DNA from: Sporopachydermia quercuum
Lineage: Eukaryota
Direction: 5' to 3'
DNA length: 64,000 nt
Assembly (NCBI GenBank): GCA_001599295.1
Contig: BCGN01000006.1
Span: 124,001-188,000, forward strand
Part shown: piece by piece, positions 11,246 to 22,844 of the stretch
Numbering within the stretch: position 1 is the first letter of the stretch
How the letters are laid out: each line of letters starts with the position of its first letter
Program-made: the position numbers and the translations under genes
Notes under the pieces: generated by a model
What the model saw: only the letters and a program-made list of their open reading frames with translations
What the model was told of the DNA's origin: nothing
Databases searched by the model: none

Positions 11246-12458
11246 GGCAAATAGATATGATATATGTATTTCCGTCGTCGTTACTTGTATATGCAATAGT
11301 TCTATTAGTGCGTTATAGAACAAGACAAGACAATTTGCAAAAGAGTGAAAGAAAGGTGAAAGGAATGATTTTAGTTCATTTCAACTGCTCAAGCGCTTTC
11401 CATGAAATTTCCTTGGAAAAAATGCAAGATAACAGTCTAGCAAATATGATTACAGTCGTTTTCAGTTAGTGCTATGAATCTTCTTGGTAGAAGCTCTGAA
11501 AGCATGACAGGTTTATATGAACAATGTTCTGAGAATCCTCGTGAACAAGCTGTTGAGAAGGAGGAAAGTTTATTAGTAAGTACATGTAAATGAATATGCA
11601 GGTATCATGCAATGGTTTTTCAGCGCTCGTGTATATATAAACTCGAAATTTCAAGGCAACTAACTCTATGTTATTTTCTTTCTTCATCCTTAACGGAGCC
11701 AGCTACCTAGCATCGTGTGATGCACGTAGTATCCGCTTTTCCCTATTTAGTCAGCTAGCCTCCAGTGAAACATCACCTAATAAGGATAACGGCAGTCTAT
11801 TTAAGGCAGTATTTATACCCATTACCAGCAAAATATATGAAATAGTATCCCATGTCTTGAACCTAATAGTTTTGAAACAATCTTTTCCATAATAACTATC
11901 GCCGTCTGGAACCTCCGAAGTTCTTGCTGCATATCCAAGCAATATATTTAATATATTATGTAATCATAAAAGTTTTCCTTCCCTTCTCATCATAATTATG
12001 TATGACGTAATTATAAAATCTTTAATCTTCTTCATTAATAGATATTTACGTAATCATAAAAGCTTCTATTGCCGTCGATTCCCGAAACTGGGAAAAGCTT
12101 GTCAAAACAATTTTATTTTTTGCGATAAGTGGGACTCTGCTTAGATTAGCTAACTATCAACAACAAAACCGTTGCTATTAATCAAATGCCCACGGGAAGC
12201 TGATTTTTATTGGCTTCTAGTACTATCTGCGGTTGGTAATAAGTTTTCTATTAATAAAAGTTATTGTTTAACCCAAATTAACAGGTATCAATTCTGTTGA
12301 AGGCACTACAGATTGGTCTGTTGATAACAGGCATATACTGATAGGTCAAAGGAAACGGAAGAATTGAATTTGCACAGCGGCATAAGCCACAATTTCCTGT
12401 AATAGATAAATATTAGTTGCCGTATTAGGAAATTGAACATGAAATATTTGCCGAACTG

Positions 12459-12465
12459 TGACTCA
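12459..12465. promoter_or_regulatory. Gcn4-type site TGACTCA, 82 nt upstream of LEU3
   Basis: Exact TGACTCA. LEU3 is under general amino-acid control in S. cerevisiae. The same heptamer occurs at 16586-16592 upstream of GCD11. Confidence 0.45.
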
Positions 12466-12546
12466 GATATCGTTTTTTCACTTCTGTTAATGTTAATGTT
12501 AATGGTTGATGTATAAGCATTTGTTGATGGCAGAGAGAAGAATCAG

Positions 12547-15500
12547 ATGGAGAATAAATTGGGACGGAGCGGAGATAATCCCCTGGCGATTTCCAGAAGG
12601 GAGGAGGCACAGCATGGAACTTCGCCCCAAATTTCCTCAGTAAGCGATCCAAATCCTATTACTATCTCTGCTAATGATCCGAATCCCGAACAGGGTGCTA
12701 TATCTGCTAATTCAAACAATCAAAACGCTGGATCTTCGTCAATACCTGCTGAAACAAGTAAGAAGCAGAAAAGAATTGCTTGCGTGGAATGCCGACAGCA
12801 AAAAGCTAAATGTGATGCCTTTGAAAAAGCTCCTGGACCCTGTAGCAGGTGCAAAAGACGGAAACTGGATTGTATGTTACAATCGGACTACAAGCGGACT
12901 TCTAAACGAGCTCGGGTGGCTCAGATAGAACGTGATTATCAGCATTTGCACCAGTCTTTAACAACACAGCGGCAGCTTCCGTATCTACCAGGCGCTACGT
13001 TTGGGGTAAATATAGGTATTAATGGAGTTCGAATGTACGGGACTCCGCAACAGGGGGTCATAGGACCACCGGGACCTCATGAATATACTCCGAATATTGG
13101 CAATAAGGTTCCAACTACGGTACAAGGGCCTCCTCAGCAACAATTTATTGCTCAAGCAGGATCAGTCATATTGCCTCAGCCACAAGCACAAGCACAATCA
13201 CAATCACAGCAACAGCCAATAGAGAATGCTCAGAATCCTCCATTTATACCAACAACAATGCCACAACCTACGATGTCTCAGCCTGCTTTGCTTCCTAATC
13301 CATCATATCCTATTTTAACTCCATCTCAGCATCAGCACCATTCTGCTCAGTATCANAGACTTCCACCTAAACTCCAATCTCAATCACAGCATCAGATCTC
13401 CACCTCTACTTTCGCTCCCGGTGCCGTTCATCGGGCTTCAGTCGTTGCTTCTACCGCTTCCGCTCCGGCATCAGCGTCCGTATCTGCCCACTCATCTTCT
13501 ACTCCTTCCGACTCATTTACTACAAGTAAACTAAACCAAACCATTCACGAACTCCTCTTTTGCACTCCGAAAACCCTAGGCGATATCATTCTCTCATCAG
13601 AAACAATTGCTGCTCTATTCAAAGAATGGATTGACCATTACCACCATATTCTACCGGTTGTTGATATATCTAGAGGTCCAGAAACTATATTTTCACTATG
13701 TCCAACACTATTCTGGACGATTATGTATGTGGCAGCTCGGAGATTTTCTTCCGATAAAACTCTAATGCCGAAACTTGCCCCACTGGTGAAAACGATCCTC
13801 CAGGAAATCACAATTTCGCCAATAACTCGGTTTGTTCCGACAGAAGTAACAAAACCCATTTTCAACGTGGCTTCTGTCTATTCAATTCAAGCGTTTCTTA
13901 TTTACACAATGTGGACCCCAGTAACATCTTCGCTCTCGGCAGATTCGTCTTGGAATACTTGTGGCATAGCTCTGTTTACTGCTATCCGAATTGGCCTCCA
14001 TCATCCCGGAATAGGAAACGATTTTACCAGAATGCGGACGGATAGCCCTGGGTACGCTACAATTTCTGAGCAGATTCGCACTTGGGTCTGCTGCAACATA
14101 GTTTCCCAAACCATCGGAACCGCGTTTGGCTTTCCCGCTTTTGTTAATTTTGACGCAACTGTCGTTAACTCTTGTAAACCATCGTCAGTTATTCAGATTC
14201 CAGTGGAAATCCGGCAAATGATGCAAATAGCTCGAATGGAAGACCAAATAGCTAAAACAATCAACTCAAACTCACTTGACGTTCTCGGCTTGACCGAACC
14301 TCGAGAAAGATTATCGTTGATTTCTATATTAGCTAATCAATTAGACGAGCTTCAAATAGAGTTGGATGTTTTAGATGATATTCGAAAGTTTTATCTAGCC
14401 TCGGCAAGATTTCATCTATTTACGTATTATTTCCTTGATAACTCGAAAATGCCGGTATTAGATTTACGGAAGGGGCTAGTAAAGCTTTATGATGCGGTAC
14501 TTGCATTGCTCTCGCATGTTGATGATTCGGCTAAAAGGCAAAGGTCATTTGTCAAGTATTTACCAGGAGTAAGTGTATTGACGATATGGCAAGCATCTTG
14601 CATAGTAGCCAAGATTATACACTCCTCATTTGAGGATACTGTCAATGTTGAAGAAGGGAAGCGGCTATATATTCGGGCTATATATCATATGGGCCGAGCG
14701 TCTGTGCTGAAGCATGATATTGCCTACCGGGCGAGCGGGATTATGCGGCACATGTGGCAGTTGTTCCGAATATTGCGGATGAAACGGGATAATAACGGGA
14801 ACAATAGTAGAAGTGGTAGTGAAAATCTTGGAAATAATGCTGAGAATGCCGAAAATATGGATAACTCAAAAAATTCGTCGGAAGAAATCGATCAAGCTTT
14901 GTCCGTAGGTATACGAACTCGGATGGCTGCAAGCGTATTTTTTGACTGTCTTTGGACATTAAGACAACAAGTAGGAATGATTTCAATGGTTCCCAAAGAT
15001 CTCCGGAAAACTCCCGGTGAAGAAAACCTACCCGAAGGTACGGATAATCTCCCGGCCGATCATCTCAGAATCGACAACGTACAAGATAATGATAATGGAA
15101 CAGGAATGGCATTGGAAACTGTCACCGGCTCCGGATCGGAATCGGAGTATGATACAGATAGTTCCCAGTCATCTGATGATTCCGTAGCTTCAGAAGTCAG
15201 ACCAAAGAAGTCTCGANCACTTTCGATTAAAGCGACAGGTCCGAGTAACAATTTCAATAACAATAACGGTAGTAGCCATGTTAACGATAGCATTAATCAT
15301 AGTGTTGCTTCGGCAGGAGCATCACCAATGTCTGCTAAAAGTGTTGGTGCTATTCATAGAAAGAGCACGAGATCTCTCTCGATAGTTAGGCATCCTGAAA
15401 GCAAAGCGCGGAGGATTATTCAAACGATTCCATTGGATCCGCAGCCGATTTCTTCTGTTCAGCAGAAATTCCCGTCTTCCGTATCGCCCCACTCTGTTAG

Positions 15501-16146
15501 TAGTTCCCATTCCGGAAATAATTCAATAGACAATGGCAGGATTGTTTCCGAAGTTGCGCCAAATAGTCAGGCCAATTCTCCGCTTTCCATAATGACACCA
15601 AGGCCGGAGGCCGTCAATTCTCCCGCAGAAGTTTTGATGATGATGCAATCGGGAAAGAGCAGTAACATCCCCTCACGGGAACCGTCGGTGAGATCTCAAA
15701 CGCCGGAATCTAATGAGAAAAAGAAGAGAAGAGGATTGGGTGGTAATAAAGGAGACAAATCTACCAAAATCTCATTAAATGATCATGAAGGTTCGAGAGT
15801 TAATACAGCAAACGCCTCAAACGGGGGAAATGGTGTATTATCTACAGGAATAGTGAGTAGTTCTAATCTTCCTTTGACATCGTCATCGCTTGCTGGAGTA
15901 GAATCTGGTTTAGATGCTTGGGATGCCATAGCGAATTGGGATTCTGAGCTGGTATGGCAAGACGTTGATTCAGTGATGAATGAGTTTGGATTCCGTGCCG
16001 ATGATCTACCTATGAGTATGATACCTTCTATGGGGTCTGGGCTTAATTTGGGTGAAGATTTCCAAAGCAATAGTAATAACAATGGAAATGCGAATCGTGG
16101 TATGAATGGAGCTGGAAATGGGACAGGATTGAATCAATTCCATTAA
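12547..16146 (+). CDS. LEU3: Zn(II)2Cys6 transcription factor Leu3
   Basis: ACVECRQQKAKCDAFEKAPGPCSRC (Leu3: ACVECRQQKSKCDAHERAPEPCTKC), NVASVYSIQAFLIYT, SSLSADSSWN and the C-terminal activation domain WDSELVWQDVDSVMNEF. Confidence 0.95.
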   Translation: MENKLGRSGDNPLAISRREEAQHGTSPQISSVSDPNPITISANDPNPEQGAISANSNNQNAGSSSIPAETSKKQKRIACVECRQQKAKCDAFEKAPGPCSRCKRRKLDCMLQSDYKRTSKRARVAQIERDYQHLHQSLTTQRQLPYLPGATFGVNIGINGVRMYGTPQQGVIGPPGPHEYTPNIGNKVPTTVQGPPQQQFIAQAGSVILPQPQAQAQSQSQQQPIENAQNPPFIPTTMPQPTMSQPALLPNPSYPILTPSQHQHHSAQYXRLPPKLQSQSQHQISTSTFAPGAVHRASVVASTASAPASASVSAHSSSTPSDSFTTSKLNQTIHELLFCTPKTLGDIILSSETIAALFKEWIDHYHHILPVVDISRGPETIFSLCPTLFWTIMYVAARRFSSDKTLMPKLAPLVKTILQEITISPITRFVPTEVTKPIFNVASVYSIQAFLIYTMWTPVTSSLSADSSWNTCGIALFTAIRIGLHHPGIGNDFTRMRTDSPGYATISEQIRTWVCCNIVSQTIGTAFGFPAFVNFDATVVNSCKPSSVIQIPVEIRQMMQIARMEDQIAKTINSNSLDVLGLTEPRERLSLISILANQLDELQIELDVLDDIRKFYLASARFHLFTYYFLDNSKMPVLDLRKGLVKLYDAVLALLSHVDDSAKRQRSFVKYLPGVSVLTIWQASCIVAKIIHSSFEDTVNVEEGKRLYIRAIYHMGRASVLKHDIAYRASGIMRHMWQLFRILRMKRDNNGNNSRSGSENLGNNAENAENMDNSKNSSEEIDQALSVGIRTRMAASVFFDCLWTLRQQVGMISMVPKDLRKTPGEENLPEGTDNLPADHLRIDNVQDNDNGTGMALETVTGSGSESEYDTDSSQSSDDSVASEVRPKKSRXLSIKATGPSNNFNNNNGSSHVNDSINHSVASAGASPMSAKSVGAIHRKSTRSLSIVRHPESKARRIIQTIPLDPQPISSVQQKFPSSVSPHSVSSSHSGNNSIDNGRIVSEVAPNSQANSPLSIMTPRPEAVNSPAEVLMMMQSGKSSNIPSREPSVRSQTPESNEKKKRRGLGGNKGDKSTKISLNDHEGSRVNTANASNGGNGVLSTGIVSSSNLPLTSSSLAGVESGLDAWDAIANWDSELVWQDVDSVMNEFGFRADDLPMSMIPSMGSGLNLGEDFQSNSNNNGNANRGMNGAGNGTGLNQFH

Positions 16147-16752
16147 TCAATATGTAATAGAATAAAAATGATAGGTTAAGAAAAGCAGTGAAAAAAAGTG
16201 AAAGCATAAGATAGACAGTTATTCAAATGTATTAGTAGTAGATGTATCAATTAGAATATTCAAATGGTAAGATGTATGTAGCAAGAGTAACGACACTTTA
16301 GGTATCAAAAGATTATTTATTTCAAAAAGCCNTAGCTTATCACTGATTTATCTGTTCTTATTGAATACTAAGTCTCCGGGACCCCCTACTCTANATCCCG
16401 TATCTCATCTCATTACTATGAGTAAATTACATCACAGCTAACCTAAGTAATCATNTACTAAATTGAATGCTCTGCGTACTTTTCAGAACTAACATTGCAT
16501 CTTACAAAATCTTCCATATGATACACCCTCACACCCAGATGTTTTTTTGTGTCCTTTGTAAATCAATTTTGTAACTTATGACTTGTGACTCAATAATGAA
16601 AAAAAATACACTTTCTTCTGCGAAACTTTCATTAGCACAAACCAGTTTGGCATTCTATGTAATTGCGAGTACATTTCCTATAAACTAGCCAATTCCCNAA
16701 TTGTAGAAACTTTTACAATAGGATCAAAAGATTTTAGGGGTATAGTATCAAA

Positions 16753-18351
16753 ATGTCAGAAGAACTACAGGAACAAGAACCTTCAATTATCATCAACGGC
16801 ACCCTCAACGATGAGCCAGAAACGCCATTGTATGCTAATGATGATAACGAAAGCCAAGAAGAAGTAGAAGAAGAAGAAGTGAAGACAGAGAATACGAAGA
16901 AATCTGTTTCATTTGCAGGACTGGAAGAAGATCTAGCAGCTCAGGAGGAAAAAAGAAAAAGAGAATTTGAAGAAGGTGGTGGGTTACCTGAACAGCCAGA
17001 TAATCCCGATTTTTCAGTGCTGACTCCATTATCACCAGAAATCATAAACAGACAAGCAACCATCAACATTGGTACTATTGGTCATGTAGCCCATGGTAAG
17101 AGTACGGTTGTTAAAGCTATTTCAGGAGTTCAAACTGTTCGATTTAAGGATGAATTGGAACGTAATATTACCATTAAGTTAGGCTATGCCAATGCAAAGA
17201 TTTATAGATGTAGCAATGAGGCATGCCCAAGGCCAGGGTGTTTCCGATCATTTAGAAGTGATAAAGAAATTTCTCCCAAGTGTGAAAGGCCAGGATGTGA
17301 TGGACGATATGTTTTACAAAGACATGTTAGTTTTGTCGATTGTCCAGGTCACGATATTTTAATGAGTACCATGTTGTCAGGAGCAGCTGTTATGGATGCA
17401 GCATTATTACTTATTGCTGGTAATGAATCATGTCCTCAACCTCAAACCAGTGAACATTTAGCCGCCATTGAAATCATGAAGTTGAAGCACGTTATCATAC
17501 TACAGAACAAGGTGGATTTAATGAGAGAAGAAACAGCATTAGAGCATCAAAAGTCTATTCAAAAGTTCATTAGAGGTACTATTGCTGATGGTGGACCAAT
17601 TATACCTATTTCTGCCCAGTTGAAGTATAATATTGATGCAGTTAATGAATTTATTGTTAAGAAGATCCCCATACCCATTCGTGATTTCTCAGCACTTCCA
17701 AGACTAATTGTCATTAGATCCTTTGATGTTAATAGACCAGGCGCTGAAATCGATGGTTTGAAAGGTGGTGTTGCTGGTGGTAGTATTATCACTGGTGTTT
17801 TCAGATTAGGAGATGAAATTGAAATTAGACCAGGTATTGTTACCAAGGATGGTAATGGTAAGATTCAATGTAAACCAATTTTCTCTAAAGTTGTTTCCTT
17901 ATTTGCTGAACATAATGATTTGAAATTTGCTGTCCCAGGTGGATTGATTGGAGTTGGTACCAAGATTGATCCTACATTATGTAGAGCAGATCGTTTGGTT
18001 GGACAAGTTGTTGGAGCTACGGGTCATTTACCATCTATTTATACTGATATTGAAATCAATTACTTCTTATTGAGAAGATTGTTGGGTGTTAAAACTGAAG
18101 ATAAGAAACAAGCCAAGGTTAGAAAATTGGAAGCAGGTGAAATTCTTATGGTGAACATTGGTTCTACTGCTACAGGAGCTAGAGTTCTGGCTGTGAAGGC
18201 CGATATGGCTAAGTTACAATTAACATCACCTGCATGTACAGAAGTTGGCGAGAAGGTGGCATTATCTAGACGTATTGATAAACATTGGCGTCTCATTGGT
18301 TGGGCAACTATTAGGAAAGGTAATATTTTAGAACCAACCACTGATTTCTGA
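16753..18351 (+). CDS. GCD11: Translation initiation factor eIF2 gamma
   Basis: [35 protein letters not shown] and KHWRLIGW. Confidence 0.99.
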   Translation: MSEELQEQEPSIIINGTLNDEPETPLYANDDNESQEEVEEEEVKTENTKKSVSFAGLEEDLAAQEEKRKREFEEGGGLPEQPDNPDFSVLTPLSPEIINRQATINIGTIGHVAHGKSTVVKAISGVQTVRFKDELERNITIKLGYANAKIYRCSNEACPRPGCFRSFRSDKEISPKCERPGCDGRYVLQRHVSFVDCPGHDILMSTMLSGAAVMDAALLLIAGNESCPQPQTSEHLAAIEIMKLKHVIILQNKVDLMREETALEHQKSIQKFIRGTIADGGPIIPISAQLKYNIDAVNEFIVKKIPIPIRDFSALPRLIVIRSFDVNRPGAEIDGLKGGVAGGSIITGVFRLGDEIEIRPGIVTKDGNGKIQCKPIFSKVVSLFAEHNDLKFAVPGGLIGVGTKIDPTLCRADRLVGQVVGATGHLPSIYTDIEINYFLLRRLLGVKTEDKKQAKVRKLEAGEILMVNIGSTATGARVLAVKADMAKLQLTSPACTEVGEKVALSRRIDKHWRLIGWATIRKGNILEPTTDF

Positions 18352-18936
18352 TTGCAATGCGGTTAAATACGTTTTATAGTCATATGCAGACTAATAGATG
18401 TCATAGAGGAAAATTCTATGTAGTTCAATAATCTACAACTTGGAGCAGTACTTGTAATGTTTATCCCTTTTACGTGTTTTATTGTGGAATGCGTCAATAG
18501 TTAGATATATGCAAGAGCGATGAGAATCCTATGTTATTGAGCTGCTAATCGTATTGAAGACCTATTGTTAACATGTATTGTTGAAATGTTCAGATGGCCT
18601 TGGATTGATGAAGAGCGCTGCTGTTATATCGATGGTATGTTATGCTTATCTGTTATATAATTAGCTTAGAGTAGTTGGTTCTCTATCATTGTATGATATA
18701 ATTNTCCATTTACCATTGGATATATATTAAACAGCTATAACAGACTATTCAATAACGTATTCTAAACCCTACATTCAGTCTCAATCTCAATCTTTGATTT
18801 TTTCTTATCCAGATTTATTGTTTATTGTCATAGTCTTTAGATTTATAATGATGATATGCTCATCATCCAAGTACTTATTCATCATACCGCTTACAGGAAC
18901 TCACAATCTACATACTTGCACAGTATTATATGTACT

Positions 18937-21900
18937 CTAGTGTCTGCTTTTCATTTCTCTTGGTAGCTTAAAGGTCTTCAATGAATCAAACTCCATCATC
19001 TTGTAAACATGTTGTTGAACCTGTTGTAATAGCGGTACAGCCAATTGGATCAATTTCAGTGACTTGTCAATTTTCTCCCGATCTTTGACAGGTGAAAATC
19101 CTGTTGATAGGGGTTCATTGTAAGTTAGATATGTCTTTTGAACAGATGTTGTCTCATTGTTACAGCTGTTGCTGCTTGAACTAATGGTAGCATTGTCTGA
19201 TTGAGAGTAAGTGGTCGTTGATGAAACACTACCATGAGAGAGAGAAAGGCGAGCTGGTACTTTAGTTCTAGGAGCTGCAATATTAATGGAAATGAAAGAA
19301 GCGTGAGCATTAGTATTTTTGGAATTATTGCTATTATTTATAATACCATTTGTACTATCTATTGTTGTGTCGCTACGTCTTCTTTCACCAGCTAATTGAC
19401 CACCATTGCATTTATCATCAAGATCTCCTTTGTTACTATCAGTATGATTTTTTGAGGTCTGATGTTGAGACTTGTAACCATTATATATATAATTCAAATC
19501 GTACTTTTCTTCATTCCAATTGAAATAATTACTTTCTAAAGGAGTCTCCGTAAATTCATATTTTGCTGTGTCGGGTTTATCTGATTTACTTTGACCATCA
19601 TTATCTAATGGCTTAGTTAATAAGTTGACAATTCTTTTTCTGAGGTTTGCTTTCAAGTTTAATTCATTGACTGATCCTTCGGCTATATATGTCCCATAAA
19701 CCGAATAGATATCTGCTAGACAAGAAGTTGCAATTTTCATCAATANATGTGTTTTCAAAGGCTTGGCAGGTGCAGAATTGNTTGGAGCTGTANTAGATAG
19801 GGTTGGAATAGGTCTAATTGTATCCCTTTTCAGATCAATAGCTCGTTGTAAATAATCGACCTTAGCAAGCAAAGAGGTAATAGTATCGTGAACTATTAGA
19901 TTTTCGGTACAATACTGATTATTCAGATGCTGTTTGAATAGAAATTTAAGGCCAGGATCAGCAAGAATTTCGTTCAGTGTCAAATAGACAGAAGGAGAAG
20001 AAGGATAAGAAGTAGAAGTAGAGGAGCAAGAGGAATTTCCACTTGGTTGACGAAACAAAGAATCAGTAATAGTTGTTCTTGTTATATCAGCAGAAGATAT
20101 GGTAGTAGTAACAATGTTGTCATTGTCATTGCTATTGCTATCGTGACCACTGCTTTTCTTTTGGGCATGGCTCTCGGCGATTTTTGGGATACTTGTACAA
20201 GCAGGTCTTTCTTTGTGCTTATTCTGTTGATGTTCATTTGTGGTTTCAATGTCTNGGTGATTTGTTTCTTCTGTGCCAGCTTTTATGCTTTTCTGTTTAT
20301 TCTTAATTTTTATTTTTTCTCTCTTACTGAATAAACCTGTAAACGAGAAACAATTTGTATTTTCATTCATTCGGCGTAAATCCTTCCTCTTTTCTTCATT
20401 TACTGATCGAATATCTCTTTTTCTTTGTTTGTCCTTTTCCATCTCCTTTTTCTCTATCAAATGATACCTCTTGTCCCATTTGATGATTTTCTCACCTTTT
20501 GAAGATAATTTATAAAACGCTTCTTTAGAGATAACTACTTGTTCAGCAGAACACTCACTAACATCATTAACTGGAATTATCAACCCTTGTTGGAATATCA
20601 AGTCCAATAATTGTTGTACTTCGTTGATATTAAATATATCACAACATTCTAAGAACCACTGCCAGAGTGCTTTCCCAGTCATTACAGTATATATTTTAGC
20701 ACCATTTGGTAGTATTTTCCATTTGAAAATGCGCACCCCAGCATAAGAGACTGAATACTGAGTCTGAGAATCAGAATCAGGATGTGTGAAGAAAGCATCA
20801 AAATAAGGGCATTTGATAGGTGAGGATGGCGCCTCGGATAATGTGTCAATCTTAGAAAAGTTGTAATGCGTGCTTGTAGTAATGTTGCTAGTGCTACTAT
20901 TTGCATTCTCATCATCATCATCATCATTGCCAGTATTCTTACTGCTAGNAATGATATTTTGATTCAAAATGCCAAATTGCTTTTCCTCATCATATGATGA
21001 GAAATCAAGTTGCAGTAGCAAATCGTCTTTATCATAATTGGCATAGCCTTGATGGCTATTGTTGATAGTTATAGTGTTAATACCACCGATATTCATATCA
21101 CTATTGGAACCATTGTTATTAACTATATGACTTCTCTCACCAAATCCAGACTTATCTTCTTGTTCGTAACCGTAGTTATAATCGTAACCTTTAACATAGC
21201 CGTAGAGGTTCTCAACTTTCAAATTAACATCAGGATGATTATTACTACTGTAATAATTAGGCTTTGGGCCCATTAGATTAATGAACAGTATTCGAATCAA
21301 GTGATCAGATGTGACCAGCCTGTCATTGTAGTCTCGTTCAAGGAATAGAAGATCCATTGAATTATAAGGGGATTTGATTATCGATGGTGCTAAATTTGGA
21401 GAAGGGTTTAGTTTGACAGAAGAATAAGAAGCATCTTTGGACTTTTCAACAGTATTGATTTGATTCTTTTTGCTACTCCTATCTACATTATCTTCATTGT
21501 TATCTACCAATGATCCAGCTCTTCTCCCAATCCCCATTGCGTTTCCACCTACCATTTTACAGAATTTTTCAACTATAGCAATACCTTTTGCTGTTGGCTG
21601 CAGACAGTTACTTTTCCTCAGCTTAGGACAGGTTCGATCATTGGGTGAATGGATCAACCTTGTTTGATAAAACTTGTACAGCAAGTACTCAGAAATCTGG
21701 GGTTTAATNCTACCAGTAATCGAAGTAATAGTATCACAAGTGTTAATTTCAACTTGCAAATTTGTCATTGCCTCAATTGCTTGATAAGAAGTGAAACTGA
21801 AAGGAATATTTGCTGTTGACAGTACTTTTGACAAAAACTTCCGTGAGGATAAACCANGTGATGAAGTAGATGTGGATTTATTTGAAGAGCCACTAGCCTC

Positions 21901-22263
21901 AATGTTCTTCAAATTGAGAGTAATAATGGTCATAGCAAACAAATCATTCATGTCCTTACTGAAGTACTTTCCAGAGGACGTTCTTTTGAAATCATTTTCA
22001 GTATTAGCGAAAACAGTACGATATTTTGTTGATTTGACTGCAGGATTGATCTGAGTGGAGCTGCTTGAGAGAGAACTAGAAGGTAGCAGATTTGTGCTTG
22101 ATAAAATAGCAGTAGAAGCCATTGGTGTTGTAGTATTAGAAGTACTGCTTTTCTCAGCTCGAGATTCTATTGAGCTATTTGAATGTAAGCCGAGCGAAGT
22201 TCTTGAACTTTTTCCAGGGTTGGGAATATTCTTGGTATTTTGTCTGATATTCAATATGGTCAT
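18937..22263 (-). CDS. SST2: RGS protein Sst2 (DEP domains plus split RGS domain), with long N/S-rich insertions
   Basis: LQPTAKGIAIV, DSQTQYSVSYAGVRI, TGKALWQWFLECCDI and RGS segments ILADPGLKFLFKQHL..QYCTENL, ELNL...LR, VYKMMEFDSL. It lies near LEU3, as in S. cerevisiae. Confidence 0.9.
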   Translation of the reverse strand: MTILNIRQNTKNIPNPGKSSRTSLGLHSNSSIESRAEKSSTSNTTTPMASTAILSSTNLLPSSSLSSSSTQINPAVKSTKYRTVFANTENDFKRTSSGKYFSKDMNDLFAMTIITLNLKNIEASGSSNKSTSTSSXGLSSRKFLSKVLSTANIPFSFTSYQAIEAMTNLQVEINTCDTITSITGXIKPQISEYLLYKFYQTRLIHSPNDRTCPKLRKSNCLQPTAKGIAIVEKFCKMVGGNAMGIGRRAGSLVDNNEDNVDRSSKKNQINTVEKSKDASYSSVKLNPSPNLAPSIIKSPYNSMDLLFLERDYNDRLVTSDHLIRILFINLMGPKPNYYSSNNHPDVNLKVENLYGYVKGYDYNYGYEQEDKSGFGERSHIVNNNGSNSDMNIGGINTITINNSHQGYANYDKDDLLLQLDFSSYDEEKQFGILNQNIIXSSKNTGNDDDDDENANSSTSNITTSTHYNFSKIDTLSEAPSSPIKCPYFDAFFTHPDSDSQTQYSVSYAGVRIFKWKILPNGAKIYTVMTGKALWQWFLECCDIFNINEVQQLLDLIFQQGLIIPVNDVSECSAEQVVISKEAFYKLSSKGEKIIKWDKRYHLIEKKEMEKDKQRKRDIRSVNEEKRKDLRRMNENTNCFSFTGLFSKREKIKIKNKQKSIKAGTEETNHXDIETTNEHQQNKHKERPACTSIPKIAESHAQKKSSGHDSNSNDNDNIVTTTISSADITRTTITDSLFRQPSGNSSCSSTSTSYPSSPSVYLTLNEILADPGLKFLFKQHLNNQYCTENLIVHDTITSLLAKVDYLQRAIDLKRDTIRPIPTLSXTAPXNSAPAKPLKTHXLMKIATSCLADIYSVYGTYIAEGSVNELNLKANLRKRIVNLLTKPLDNDGQSKSDKPDTAKYEFTETPLESNYFNWNEEKYDLNYIYNGYKSQHQTSKNHTDSNKGDLDDKCNGGQLAGERRRSDTTIDSTNGIINNSNNSKNTNAHASFISINIAAPRTKVPARLSLSHGSVSSTTTYSQSDNATISSSSNSCNNETTSVQKTYLTYNEPLSTGFSPVKDREKIDKSLKLIQLAVPLLQQVQQHVYKMMEFDSLKTFKLPREMKSRH

Positions 22264-22818
22264 ATTTCATGTCCCAAGGAGATTACAAGTATTATTCAAA
22301 ATGTGTGAACTACTATTACTATCAGTGAGTTTGAGGTAAAATGACTGAATAGCTGTGACTAATGACTAATAGCAACGGATAGAGTATCAAGCAGTAGTAT
22401 ATCCCTCTTCAAGTACACCGAAGTGATATGAATAGTTCTGTGCTTTTGGGGTGTTCAACTCACCTATTAATATCTTCTGTACCTAAGCTACTAAAATTAC
22501 TTGAATAAAAGGCAGAAATATTGATGCAGATTATATAAAATAATGAAAAAGATATGAGAAGAGAAGGTAAGATGTTATTAATTATCAGTGGGATTCGATA
22601 ACTATATAAGGAAAACCAGCAATAAGGTTTATGAAATCTAAACAAGTTTGAGATTTAAGTTCAATGTTTTAAACTTAAAATATTTTTGAATGAACAGAAC
22701 AGTTCCGAAAAAGAGTAACCTTATCAAAATAAGAATTGTGAAACTGAACGTTTCAGAGTTAAACTTTAATTTTAAGAAAATAATCAAAATGAGGAACACA
22801 AATATCTTAAACACCATG

Positions 22819-22844
22819 AAGAAGAATATNNNNATATTCTTCTT
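22819..22844. repeat. Perfect 11-bp inverted repeat enclosing NNNN
   Basis: AAGAAGAATAT-NNNN-ATATTCTTCTT. Confidence 0.9.

Noticed and set aside
12547..16146. SEF1 as the identity of the zinc-cluster gene
   Set aside because: The cluster and the C-terminal activation motif match Leu3, and synteny with SST2 agrees.
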